NCBI GenBank assembly: GCA_965644315.1
Contig: CBFFRQ010000046.1
Coordinates: 1 to 64,000 of the forward strand
Source of the DNA: Caecitellus pseudoparvulus
Taxonomy: Eukaryota > Protista > Bigyra: Bicosoecida
Reading direction: 5' to 3'
DNA length: 64,000 nucleotides
A model generated the notes under the pieces. That model was given only the letters and a program-made list of their open reading frames with translations, did no database searches and had not been told where the DNA came from. Below are positions 33,934 through 45,300 of the stretch, in pieces (positions within the stretch are counted from its first letter, which is position 1; the number at the start of each line of letters is the position of its first letter). Made by a program: the position numbers and the translations under genes.

Positions 33934-36900
33934 ATGGCGGCAGCGGAAAAAAAGCCCTCAGGCACCTCACCAGGGGATTCCTCGCGGCGTGCGACGGTCC
34001 TGCTGCCCCTGCGCGAGAAGGATGGCGAGCTGCAGGCGCTTCTGGGCCAAAGGGAGGTGGAGAGCGTGGACAGTCCCGGTGAGATGGTGCCGTTTGGCGG
34101 TGAGCTGCTGCTGTTTGGAGGGCGAGTGCCTGCGCAGCAGCCGCCGCTGCAAGTGGCGTTGGCTGAGATGGGGCGCTCAGGCCTTGCCGTTGCGCCCAAC
34201 ACGCGCCTGAATGGAGTGATGGTGTTTGACAGGGTGCAAGTGACATCCTCGGTGACGGGCATGACGTATGACGTGCAGAGCTTCGTGGCGTGGGCGGGAG
34301 GTGCGTGTGCGTCTGCGGAAATTGCTTGCGGCACACGGCACCCTGCCTCGTTTCTGCGGCCGCAGACAACGAATTCACCCTGACTCCCGATGTGGACTTT
34401 GTGAACTTTCAACTCAGCACGGTGCGCGCTCGGAGGGAGCGGTTGGTGAAGTCAGGCACCTTCCACGCCCTGCCGCTGGCGTTGCAGCGCTCCCTGTCGC
34501 CCCGCATGCACACCGTGCAGTGGTGGCCCGTGGCCCAGGCCATCGCGGCGCTGCACCCTTCGCGCCCAGCCATCAACGCATGGCAAGCCGACGAGTTCAA
34601 GCGTCTGGGGCGGGCGGCTGGTCGCGACGTGGCGGTGGGCACGCTGCACACACTGCAGCACGCCCTGCAGCTGGGCAGCCGCACCGCCTTCCTCCGAGCC
34701 TGCGCCCGGCCGCTGCCCTGGGCACGCGCCCCGCTGCGCCCCGCGCACTTCGTCGCGGAGGATGTCATGGCCGCCCACGCCCCCTCCACCTCCCCTCTCG
34801 CGCCCGCCCGCCGACCCCGCCAGCGCAGCCGCAGCCTGGACAGTGCAGACTTGCCGGCGCTGCTACGCCGAGGGTGGGCTGGCAGGGGGGGCGTGTCTGC
34901 CGGCACAGGGGCGCCAGAGCAGCGCCTGCGAGGGGAGAAGGCGCCACATGACGACGGCTGTGGCCTGTTGCCCAGCAACACAGTGTACGGGCCGACGCAC
35001 ATGCGACAGGGCTCTGGCGGAGCCGCAGGGACAGGTGGCGAGGCTGTGCAGCTGCTCTCGCACAACCTCAACGTGCTGCCAGTGGGCGCCAACATGGTGA
35101 GCAGGCACAGCTCGCACCAGGCTGGCACGCGCATCGACGCCTTCACAGCGTACCTGGCCCAGCACGCCCAGCGGGGGGGGGCCCTGCACATCCTGGCCCT
35201 GCAAGAGGTGTTCGCGACGGCCATGTCCCCCTTCGTGTGCTACCAGGCGTCCCTCCTGCGACGTCTCCGCGCCCTGGGGTACACACACGCAGTGCACATG
35301 CCCCGTCCGTCGCTTGGGGACGTCGCCTGGCGAGGCAAGTGGACCGACAGCGGGCTGGTCATCGCCAGCAAACTGCCCATCATTGCGAGCGATTTCCTGG
35401 CCTTCCAGGGCGGCAGGGGGCTGGACGCTGGCGCAGCCAAGGGCGTCATTTGGGCCCGAGTGCAGGTGCCTGGTCGGCCTGCCTCGTCCACGGCGCCAGT
35501 GTGTGTGGACGTGTTCAACTGCCACTTGCAAGCGACGCACACGGGGCCTGTGGGGGGGTACCAGCACGTGCGTGCGGGGCAGGTGCAGGAAATGATGGCG
35601 TTCATTCGGCGGGTGACGCACGGCAGTACCCACCCCTGGCTGCTGACGGGGGATTTCAACGTGGACGGCATGCAGGATTTTCCCGGGCGGCAGGTGGGCC
35701 TGCCCTACTTCGCACCCCTCACGTCCTCTGGCGGCGTGGCCGAAGGCGACAGCGAAGCGTACACGGTGCTGCTGGCCCAACTGCTGCAGTCTGTGGGGCG
35801 GCAGAGTCTGGGTGCGCGAGGCTCGGCAGGTGCCGCCACCGCGCGCCTGGCAGGGTTCATGGACGTTTTGCGGGCCAAGCACGGGCGGCAAGTGACCACC
35901 CGCCCACCCCGCCAGCAGTTCCCCACACACTTGGCGTATGCGTACGCCCACAAGCACCCTCAGCGCCTGGACTACGTGTGGTTCCGGGAGGGGGCGGCAG
36001 GGCAGCTGACAGTGGACGTGCCGGCGACGGCAGTGCTGCCCTTCCGCATGGCGCCACACTCGGGCTTCAGCCACTTGTCGGACCACTACGGCATCACGGT
36101 GTCCTTGGTGCCCGACACATCCATCGCATGGGAAGACACGACGCGGCGCATCGTGCTGGCGCAGCCCCACGCGGCTCGCCACGCGCCTCCCCGCGGCCTG
36201 GCCCGCTCCAAGTCTTCAGGGGACGTGGCAGGCCTCACCGACGCCGAGCCGAGCGAAGCGCCAGTGCTGGGCAGCGAGGCAGGGCGCGTTGCACTGCCCA
36301 CCACCGGCGTGACCCGAGCCTTCGTGGCGCCGCCTGCCCTGGTACGCTGCGTGCGTATGCCGCAGCCGTCCAGCGTCGTTGGGCGGGTCGCGCTTGCGAC
36401 CTGCCCTCGCCTGTGGCGGGAAGTGCAGTTCTTCGCCCTGCACAGCCGCACATGGGCCATCGTGGGGAACGTGGCAACGGTGCTGTTGGCGTTCTGGGTG
36501 CTGGCCTTTGCCGCTGCGCAGGGGTTGCTGGGGGAACAGCACGGTATTGTCAGCACATTGAAGGCAGCTGCCGCAGGGGTGGGCGCTGCCTGGCGACACA
36601 GGCCATCGCTTGACACCTGCATGGCTGTATCGACAGAGTCAGGGTGCTGGCTGCACGTGGGTCAGTTTCTCACGACGCTGGGCGCCACGCTGTTGACAGT
36701 GGCGGTGTTGGCCGCAGTGGCGTGGCCTGACACCGCCTCCCTCGCTTTGGCTTGGTATTCCTTGTACTGGCGCGTGCAGGGGCGCCTGGTGCCACGGGGG
36801 ACGCGGGAGGCCTCTGCCCTGCGCCTCCTCCGCTGTGCCCAGTGGTGCCCGCGAGTCTGCGGCGTGTGTGTGCCCGCCCTTCGCCGGTGTGGGCGGGCAG

Positions 36901-39743
36901 TGCGGGGAGCGGGACGCCTGCGTCACGCACTGCGTCTTCCAGGGTGCCCGCCGACACAAGGCACGTGCAGCGCCGTGCACCTCCACGTGATGGGGCGCCC
37001 AGCCGTGCAGGTGCCTGGTTTGCGCCCTGGCATGCCGGGAACGCTGGATGACGGCAGCGAAGTGCACCTGCTGCACCCAGCGGCAACTGCAGTGCACGAG
37101 TGCGGAACGGTGGGCGTGGAGCAGGCGCACCTGGCCCAGTGCGTGCTGCAGTTCCTCGCAGCATCAGGCGTCGAGCGACGGCTGTTCCCCCTCGTCACCA
37201 GCACGTCTCGCTCGGGATTGCCCTCTGCTTGGCGGTGTTTTCTGTCCCACACCGCGCCCGGCGAACCAGGTGCCAACCTGCCCATCCCTGTCCTGCGCTG
37301 GCCCAGTGCCACTGGGGAGGGGTCACGGGGCTACGGCGCCTCACACCAGCGGAATGTGAGTGAGCTGTTCTGCGCGCAGGCCGAGCAGGGTGTGCCTCGT
37401 GGCAGTGCGTTCCCGGGCAGTGGCTTGCCGCAGGGCTACGGTGCGGCGCCCCGCCTGGTAGACGGGCAGAGCAGTGGCCACACAGGCACCGTGCACTTGT
37501 CAAGTTTGCCAAGCTACACGCCACAGTACGTGGTGCTGACCCTGCTCCGGTGGCTGGCCCGGCAGGCCGAGCCGGACCTGCCTCGCGGTGTCACGTCAAG
37601 CCCCCTCTGCCTGACACCGAGCAGCGCAGAAGTGCCGCAGGACAGTGCGTTCTTCCAGTGCTGCACCGCTTACGAAGGCATTATGATGGGGGTGCAGCAG
37701 CACGGGACGCGGCCAGGCGTCGGCTGGCAGGGCGACGCCGCGGAGGGGCACGGTTTTTCGTGGTGGTGTCATGACGATGTGGCCGCGCTGGCGACAAGCT
37801 TAGGGTCGGGCCTCGTGCGCTTGGGGCGCCTGGCAGCGGGCGGGCGAGTCGGCATCCTCGCGACAAACTGCCGGGAGTGGCTGCTGACCGACGTGGCGTG
37901 TGCTTTCTACTCCCTGCACTCCCTCGCCCTGCACGCGCCCAGCTCGGAGGCGTTGGGGCGCTTGCTCACCATCGGCAGACCCGCCGTTGTCGTGACACAC
38001 CGCAAGTTCACGCACGCCGTCATTCGCTGGGCACAGGCGCGTGGAGCAGACACGCCTCCGCCAGTGGTCGTGCAGATTGAGCCGGTGGGGTACCACGAGC
38101 GCATGGCCGCACTGGAGGCGGCGGTGGAGCTGCACGACATGACGTTTGTGCTGGAGGCGGGGCAGGCGTACCCTCTCGCGCACTGCCTGCCCTTGCCGCA
38201 GGACGCGGCGACGTCAGTGTACACGTGGGGTGACGACGGCGCAGGTGCTGTCCCGGTGCCCACAGAGCACTGCCTCAGCCACAGCGACTTTGTCTCTGCA
38301 GTGGCTCGTTTCCGGTGCAGTGTGCAGGGGTCGCTGCTCAGCACTGCAGACACGCACTTGTGCCATCTGCCCCTGCCGCACCTCACAGAGCGCATCGTGG
38401 CACACACTCTGCTTCGTCTGGGCGCGAAAGTGGCATTTGTGGGCGGCGGGTTGAACGCCGCGTTGGGCTGCCTAGGGGCGCTGCAGCCCACACTCCTGTG
38501 CGTCACGCCACGACTACTGGAAGTGCTGTTCTCGCACTTCCTGCGCATTCGACGGGCGTGGGCGACGTGGTACAGCAAGGCATACCTGGCCTCTGTCTCA
38601 GCCAAGGCGGCGGCGGTGCAGGGCGGGTGGGCCGCGCTGGCCAACGGCCTGACTGGAGCGGCGCCCCTGCCCAGTGCTGGCCAGGCGTCGGAAGCTGTGA
38701 CGCTGCTGTCCCCTGCTCGGCGGTGGGAGGACGCGACGTTCTTTCATGACGCCAGCCACGCCCTTGGCACTGCGCGGCTGAAGTTCATGATGGTGCTGGC
38801 GACGGGAGACAGCGGGGGGGTGGCGCCTCGTGCTGACGTCTTGGAGTTCGCGCAGGTTGCCATGTGCACGCCCCTGGTGGAGGTGGTGACTCACCCCACC
38901 CGCGGCATCCTGCTGACTCGCCCCATGAAGCTACCAGTCGTGCCAGCTGCCAGCGGTGCCGGGGCGGACCTGTCCCCCGCTCGGCAAGCCATCCTGCGCC
39001 TGGCCACACACGTGCCACTGGGACACCCCACGCCGGGCACGGTCCTGCAGCTGGAGCAAGTGCCTGGCAATTGCCGCCTGTGGCACATGCGGGTGGGCAG
39101 GTGCCCCCTCGGCAGCCCCCCTCGCGGCACAGGCGCAGGGGGGGACCAACCCCCCTCGCGCGCCCCTGACGATGCTGGCTGGCTGGCCACTCGTGTGGCT
39201 GGGCAGTGGGTGCTGGCTGGCCACAGTAGCTCCCTCGCTGACACGCCATGGGGTCCGCTGTGCCTGCACCGCCTGGAGTCCTTCGTGCATTGTGCCTGCA
39301 GCCTGCTGCGCAAGGTGTGGCTCGTTCCACCGCCCCTGCACACACCCACTGCCCCTGTCCTGGCCCTGGCCGCAGTCAGCTCAGAACAGGCGTTCAGCTG
39401 GGCGACAGGTAGCGGCGTGGCGGAGCTAGCGGCACCTGCTGACGCGGGAGCCATTTGCGACCACCCTGCGACCCAGCAGTACGTGCTGCGCCGCCTGCAG
39501 GCAGCCATGCAGGTGCGTGACACACACTTGACGCCCAGTGAGGGGCGGTGCCTGGGGGCGGTGCGGCGTATTACGCTGTTGCCGGCGCTGGGGCGCGCCG
39601 GCGCCATGGTGGTCACGCCCACCGGCGAGCTGCTGCGTCGACAGCTGGCGAGCGTGCACCGCAGCACACTGCTGCACATGTACACGGCTGCCGGCTTGAG
39701 CGAGGCTGATGCGGAGCGGTGTGTGGGTGCGCCTAGCGAGTGA
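33934..39743 (+). CDS. Fusion protein: Nudix-like + EEP neutral sphingomyelinase-like + TM helices + degenerate long-chain acyl-CoA synthetase-like domain; intron 34301-34365
   Basis: Exon 1 GELLLFGGRVPAQQPPLQVALAEM (degenerate Nudix box). EEP motifs SHNLN, LALQEVF, DSGLVIASKLPI, AAKG, NCHLQA, GDFNVD, RLDYVW, LSDHYG. ACSL-like VGILATNCREW, HLPLPHLTER, PTLLCVTPRLLE. Confidence 0.82.
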
Positions 39744-40243
39744 CCTGCAGTCCCATGGAGCTGGCGGAGCCCAGCACCATCTTGGCCACCGCCTCCGTGG
39801 ACATGCCTTCCAGGGACGGGTCGTACTTCTGCTTGGCCTTGGCAATTTCATACACCGCCTTCACTGACACGGAGCCGGCACCGGCGGCTGCCGAGGCGGC
39901 GCCCTTGCTCAGCCCCGTCACGCGCTTGAGGAACCAGGACGTGGACGGCGGGAGAATGTCAAAGTTGAAGGTGCGGTCCTCGAACGCAGTCAGCCGCACG
40001 CGCATGATGGCGGAAGGTGCCAGACTGTCCGTCTTGTCGTTGAACTGCTTGCAGAACTCCTGGGCAGCGAGTAGGGAGGGTGGGAGTGCAGTGCGGAATT
40101 ACGGCCGCCGGCCACCGCACCGCCGCTGCGCCACGCACCATCATGTTCACGCCAAGGGGGCCCAGGGCCTGGCCAAGTTTAGGACTGGGCTTGGCTGTGC
40201 CGGCAGCAGCCGCGATGACAGTGATGCCTTTCACTGCTGCCAT
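39733..40243 (-). CDS. MRPL11: Mitochondrial ribosomal protein uL11m; intron 40060-40138
   Basis: AGTAKPSPKLGQALGPLGVNMM|EFCKQFNDKT..FEDRTFNF..PPSTSWFLKR..VYEIAKAK..GSASSMGLQV. Confidence 0.93.
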
Positions 40244-40365
40244 GGTTTGCGGGGGGGCAGTGCTGGTGGCGAGGGTTCGTCCGTGCCAGGCTCGGGCGCC
40301 GTGCAAGGTGTGGGTGGCCGACGTGGTGGGGGGGAGTGCAATGTAAGTGTGGGAGCGGGCGTGCA

Positions 40366-42281
40366 TTAGCCACTGCGGCCTGCCCGGCGCACCCCCCCCT
40401 TGCGGCGTGACCCCCCCTGCCGACCCGTCGCTCGCCGCCGAGGGGAGGAGCGCGTACGGGGGCGCTTGGGGGGGGAGGGGGGCGTCTCTGACTCGGTGGT
40501 GGCGGAGGGGGAGGGGCGGTGGGGCGGCGTGCGGGGGCGCTTGCGGGTGGAGGGGGAGGGGCTCCGCGAGGGGGGGGGTGAGAGGGGGGCCTGGCTGGGC
40601 ACACCCCCCCTCCGCGCCGCCTGACCCCCCCTCCGCGGCAAAGGCGCCTCGCCAGCTGCCATCTGCACACCCAGGTACACTGCTGGTGCCACGCCATCTG
40701 CTATGCCACACAGTGCCCCGAAGTTGGTCAGCGCCGCCACCCCCTCTGCCTTGATCCTGGCCGCGTCGTGGGCCAGCGCCGCCTCCACAGGGGTGGGGAA
40801 CACGCCCAGGTCGAAGCGCTGCCCCCGCACAGCGATCTCAGCGCCCCACCTGGCGTGGTTGGCAGTCAAGTCTCTGTACACGCCCATGTACGGGGTGCTG
40901 TCCGACCCGCCTGGCACATCCAGCTGGTAGGGGGGGGGCGGCGGCGCACCTGGCTCCACCAGCGGCACGTTCAGTGGCCGACCCGCTTGCCCAATCAGCA
41001 TGTGGTTGAGGCTGGTGGCGAGGTCAGGCAAGGCCCGGCGGCCGGCAGAGCGCTGTAGCAGACGCCAGGCGGCTGCGTCGTGTGCTGCGTGTGCACAGGC
41101 GTCGGCGTGGTGGCCTGCTGCGGCGCGACGGGAGGGGGGTGGAGGCATGGACCCCCCCCCCCCTGCACTGGTGGATGCTACGCTGGCATCTAGGGGGGGT
41201 GAGGAGGGGGGTGGCGTGCCCCCCACTGAGATCCATCGCTCGGGGGCGGCGTCTGGCTGGTGCGTTGACGGCACGCCGAGGAGTGCTGAGCGCATGGCGG
41301 CGGGGGAGTCCGCCAGCGCCTTGATGCGTTTCATGAGGCGTCGGTGGGCAGTGGAGTTGCTGCCCGCGACGCCCCCCTGAAACGCATTGGGCGCCAGCGC
41401 AGCAAGGGAGGCAGCCCCCCCCACTGCCCCCAGACGCTTGGGCCGCACACGAGTGGGGCATGCCCAATCCAGGCCCCCGCCATGCGCTAGCCCACCGATG
41501 CCCCGCACACCACTGCCCTGGCACAAGGCGGTGGTGAGTGAGGCCAGGCCTGCGGCTGGGGTGGGGGGCGGGGGGCGCACGCCACACAGCACCAGAGCCC
41601 GTGGGTCGCGTAGCGCAGCAACCACCTGCCCCTCTGCCAGGGCAGGTGCCTCCTCATCGGAACTGCTGTCCCCTTCCACACCAGTCCCCTGCAGCATGGC
41701 CACGAGGGTGCCTCGTTTGGGAGGGGGGGAAGGGGGGGGTGCGGTGCTGGAGGCACCCCCCCCTCGCCGAGCGGCACCCCCCCCCCCCGCCGCTCCGCCG
41801 CCGCAGCCACCGCCGCCGCCGCCGCCCGCCGTGCCTCTGCCTCCTGTAGGTCCGTCTTGGGCGCCACGGCGGTGAGGAAGTCTGTCAGGTCCACGGAGCA
41901 GCGGTAGAAGCGGTCCCCCACGTGCCGCACAGCGCCAGGCGGCAACAGGGAGATGCTCTCGCGGGGCTCCGTCCAAGGGTGCGTCCACACCTTCTCGTAC
42001 AGCCCCTTGCGAGGACCCACCTGCACGCGGGGGAAGTACCCCAGCGACACGTCCCCGCTGGGAGTGACGGCCTTCACGCGGGCCAGCCAAGCCTGCAGGC
42101 CACCATCGGCATCCTGCCCCACCAACGCCACCCACACGCCTGGCCGCAGCAGGGGCAGGTGTCCCATGTCTTCCCCATCACTGCTGCTGCCACTGCTGGA
42201 CGTGCCGTCGGAAGGCGGTGGCGCTGCCTTGGCTCCCCGCCTTGCCTCGGAGCGGCCCCGACTGCGGCTGGAGCTGGCCAT
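40366..42281 (-). CDS. AP2/ERF-domain protein with N-terminal beta-barrel (Tudor-like?) domain; frame broken at homopolymer ~41777-41788
   Basis: AP2: PYMGVYR..RWGAEI..RFDLGVFPTPVEAALAHDAARIK..TNF in ORF 40366..42135. The N-terminal ORF 41487..42281 (ATG) switches frame at a C12 run. C-terminal end uncertain because of further G/C runs. Confidence 0.75.
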
Positions 42282-42630
42282 TCAAATTCCGCAACAGCTC
42301 GCCTGTGCCTGACACGCTACACAGTGGACGCGGGAAGTGGGAAATGAATGGGAGGTGTCAGAGTATTGCTGCATATTGGGATATTATGTTGTTTTGGCGT
42401 GCGCGGCTTTGTTGCGGTGTCGGCTATGAACCCTGCAAGGAGTACCGGGTACCTTGGTGATTTCAACGGCGCTCTGCAACAAAACAAACCCTCCACGAAA
42501 CATCGTGTGATTCCATGCCCACTCCTGCAGGTGCCATTGTGAGCGCTGCAGGTCACTGTGCGCAGGGCTTCTGCTCGGCGGCTGGACGGGTGTGTGTGAA
42601 ACGCAGCTGCAACGCCGACTGCCGCGCAGC

Positions 42631-45027
42631 ATGGATGCTTCCCGCCGTGCACGCATGGGCGGGACCCGCGAGGTGAGTGCTGCCAGATCAAATGCGGCTT
42701 TAAACGTCCATTGCACACTGCTGCTACTGCTCCGTCCAGGGTTCCGGGCGCACCGCGACGAAGCGCTCGTTTGATTTGGTGGGCAAGTGAGTGCCAGCAG
42801 CGGCAGCCGTTGTTGTGTATTGCTTGCAGAGCTCGCGGCCGCCACCACAGGCGATCGGGCGTGCGCATCAATTCGCGTGTGAAGAAGGGGCAGGACGGCT
42901 TTGACGACCTAAACGACTGGTTTGGAGACGGTGGGTGTCGCTGCAGTCGTCGGCCAACGGCCCCGCAATTCCGCACGCCTAACGTGTGCTCCGTCCCTCA
43001 CCGCGCTCCCGCCGCCAGCGGCGCCACACCGCGCGACCCCCTTCACCCCCACAGACGCCAACCCCAACACATCCATTTCTGCCGCTGCACCGGCATCTGC
43101 GCGCCGTGTGGCGGTGCCTGCTCGGCCTCGCGCTCGCGCTGGGCGGCGAGGCAGTTTCCGCGCTCCACGCCGCACCGAGCCAGAGGAAGACAGCGACGAC
43201 TACGGCCTGGGCGATGCAGGCGAGCGCAGCAGTTCAGGGGACAGCGCGTCTGACGTGGAGAGTCACTCCGCCTCCACCATCTCGGGGCCTGACTCGGACA
43301 GCGACGGCGGCCTGCCTGATGCAGCGTCTGTGGCTACTGGCGCCAACACCACCATCTCCGACCTCAGCGCCATCCTGCCTGAGGAAGAGGAAGAGGAGGA
43401 CAGGGGGGGGAGCGGTGCCAAGGGCCGAGGGAAGGGCGCGTCCTCTGCCGCAGTGGCGGCTGCGATGGAGGCGGCGCGAGCACTCACGTCGCGGGCGTCG
43501 GCGACTGCGACCAGCTCCACCCGCCGCTCGCCGTCGCCCTCCCCCCGCCGCGCCCCCACCCGCTCCTCCCGCCGGCAGACCATCTCACAAGGCACTTCCC
43601 CTGGCGTGGCGCTGCGCACACCGCCCGGCAGCAGGGAAGCACCAGCACCAGCACCAGCACCAGCACCAGCACCAGCACCAGCCAGCACTGCAGTGGGCAC
43701 GTCACCGGCCAAGCTGGAGACACCAGCCCCAGCCCCAGCACCGAGCAGTGCGGGTCGCGGCAGGCGAGGGGGTGGCGGGGCCACCGCGCCACAGGCAGCA
43801 GCTGAGGCGGAGGGGGGGGGTGTCTCCCCCCCTGCAGACGACTGGCCTGGGGCGGGTGGGCACGACGATGAGGGGGGGGTTTTGGGGGGGGGTGTCGAGA
43901 CCCCCACGCCGTCCCCCGCCCCCACCCCTGCCCCACGCAGAGGCAAGCGGGGGGGGGCCCGTGCCGCCAGGGGGGGGCGCGCGACACGCAGCCCTCGTGT
44001 GGTGGGTGGACCATCCCGGCGCAAGAGCCTGGCATTTGCTCCAGACACCAAGGCCGCCTCCAGCCCCGGCTCTGACTCTGATGAGCCCCGGCGCATCAGC
44101 GCTGTGTCCGCTGCAGACGTGCCGTCGTCAGACGACGACGCAGACTTCCTGTCGCCTGGTGGACACGACCGGCGCCGCATCCGCAAGTCGCTGGGCAGAC
44201 GGGAGACAGTGCAGGGCAGTGGCGCGGTGCGGCGCAGCTCCCGGCGGCGGTGGGAGCCGCTCAAGTACTGGGAGGGCGAGCGGCAGGAGTACACGCGCGA
44301 CACGGACGACGCCATAGCTGAGGTCATGCCCGTGGTGCGGGATGCTTACAAGGTGGGCGTGCTGCTGACGGAGGAGGATCGCCGCAACCGGGCCGCGGCG
44401 AAACGCGGCACGAAACGCACGAGGTCGACGAAGCGCGGCGGGAGTGGGAGGGGCAGCAAGAAGGCCCGGGGCGGGTCCAGCGGGGGGGACGGCGAGCGGG
44501 AGGTGGTGGAGGTGGTGAAGGAGGTACAGGTGAAAGTGAAGGTGCCGGTGAAGCCACGTGAGATGCCGCCCCTGCCAGCCAGCAAGCTGCCGAAGGGGCT
44601 GCGCGTGTCGTCTGACGCGCGATTCAAGATCGAGGCGGCAGATGGGCAGCCTGCCTCCGTGGTGCCCGTGTTCCGGCAGTTCGAGGAGCTGCGGTTGCAG
44701 CGCCTGCCGGTGGTGGCGCGGCCGGACGGGAGCAAGCCCATCACCAGTGCGGGGGCCATGTTCGACACGTCGCAGTTCATCAGTGGTGTCATCGTGATGG
44801 AGCCGCAGTCGGCCAAGGCAGTGGAGAACTCCAGCGCCTGCACCCAGACGTACATGGTGGTGACGGCCCAGCCCGGCAGCTTGCAGGTGGACATTGCAGA
44901 CAAGACATTCTTGGCGGGGCCGGGGGACCACTTCTGGGTGCCGCCCGACACAGACATCTCCATGACAAACCACTCACCGGACACGCCTGCGGAGATAGGG
45001 TTCACCCTGCTGAAGCCGACGGTGTGA
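42631..45027 (+). CDS. CENPC: Centromere protein C (CENP-C/Mif2); introns 42673-42739, 42787-42829, 42931-43018
   Basis: Mif2-like N-terminus GRHHRRSGVRI..KKGQDGFDDLNDWF; CENP-C motif RRSSRRRWEPLKYWEGER; C-terminal cupin SGVIVMEP..K..GDHFWVPP..N. Confidence 0.9.
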
Positions 45028-45300
45028 GGGGGGGGGCAGCTCCCCTCTCCCTCACGGGCGCCATGCCGCGCCACCCCCCCACACCCAGCACACTCTGTGA
45101 CGCATTTTCAATGCACCATGTTGCGCGATGTCTCCCGCACGCCAGCCCTGTGGCACGCGGCGTGCCCAAGTACCACTGCTGGGGCCAGCCATCTGCGCTG
45201 ACACCAGCTGCCGTGCCGTGCCGGGGCCTGTGAATCAAGCACGGCAGTGTGGCGTTTTGAGGCAGGGCACGGCCTCTGCACAGCTCCCAGCAACACCGGC

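Noticed and set aside
43638-43683. (gcacca)n hexamer run
   Set aside because: Ordinary Ala-Pro coding microsatellite in the disordered part of CENP-C.
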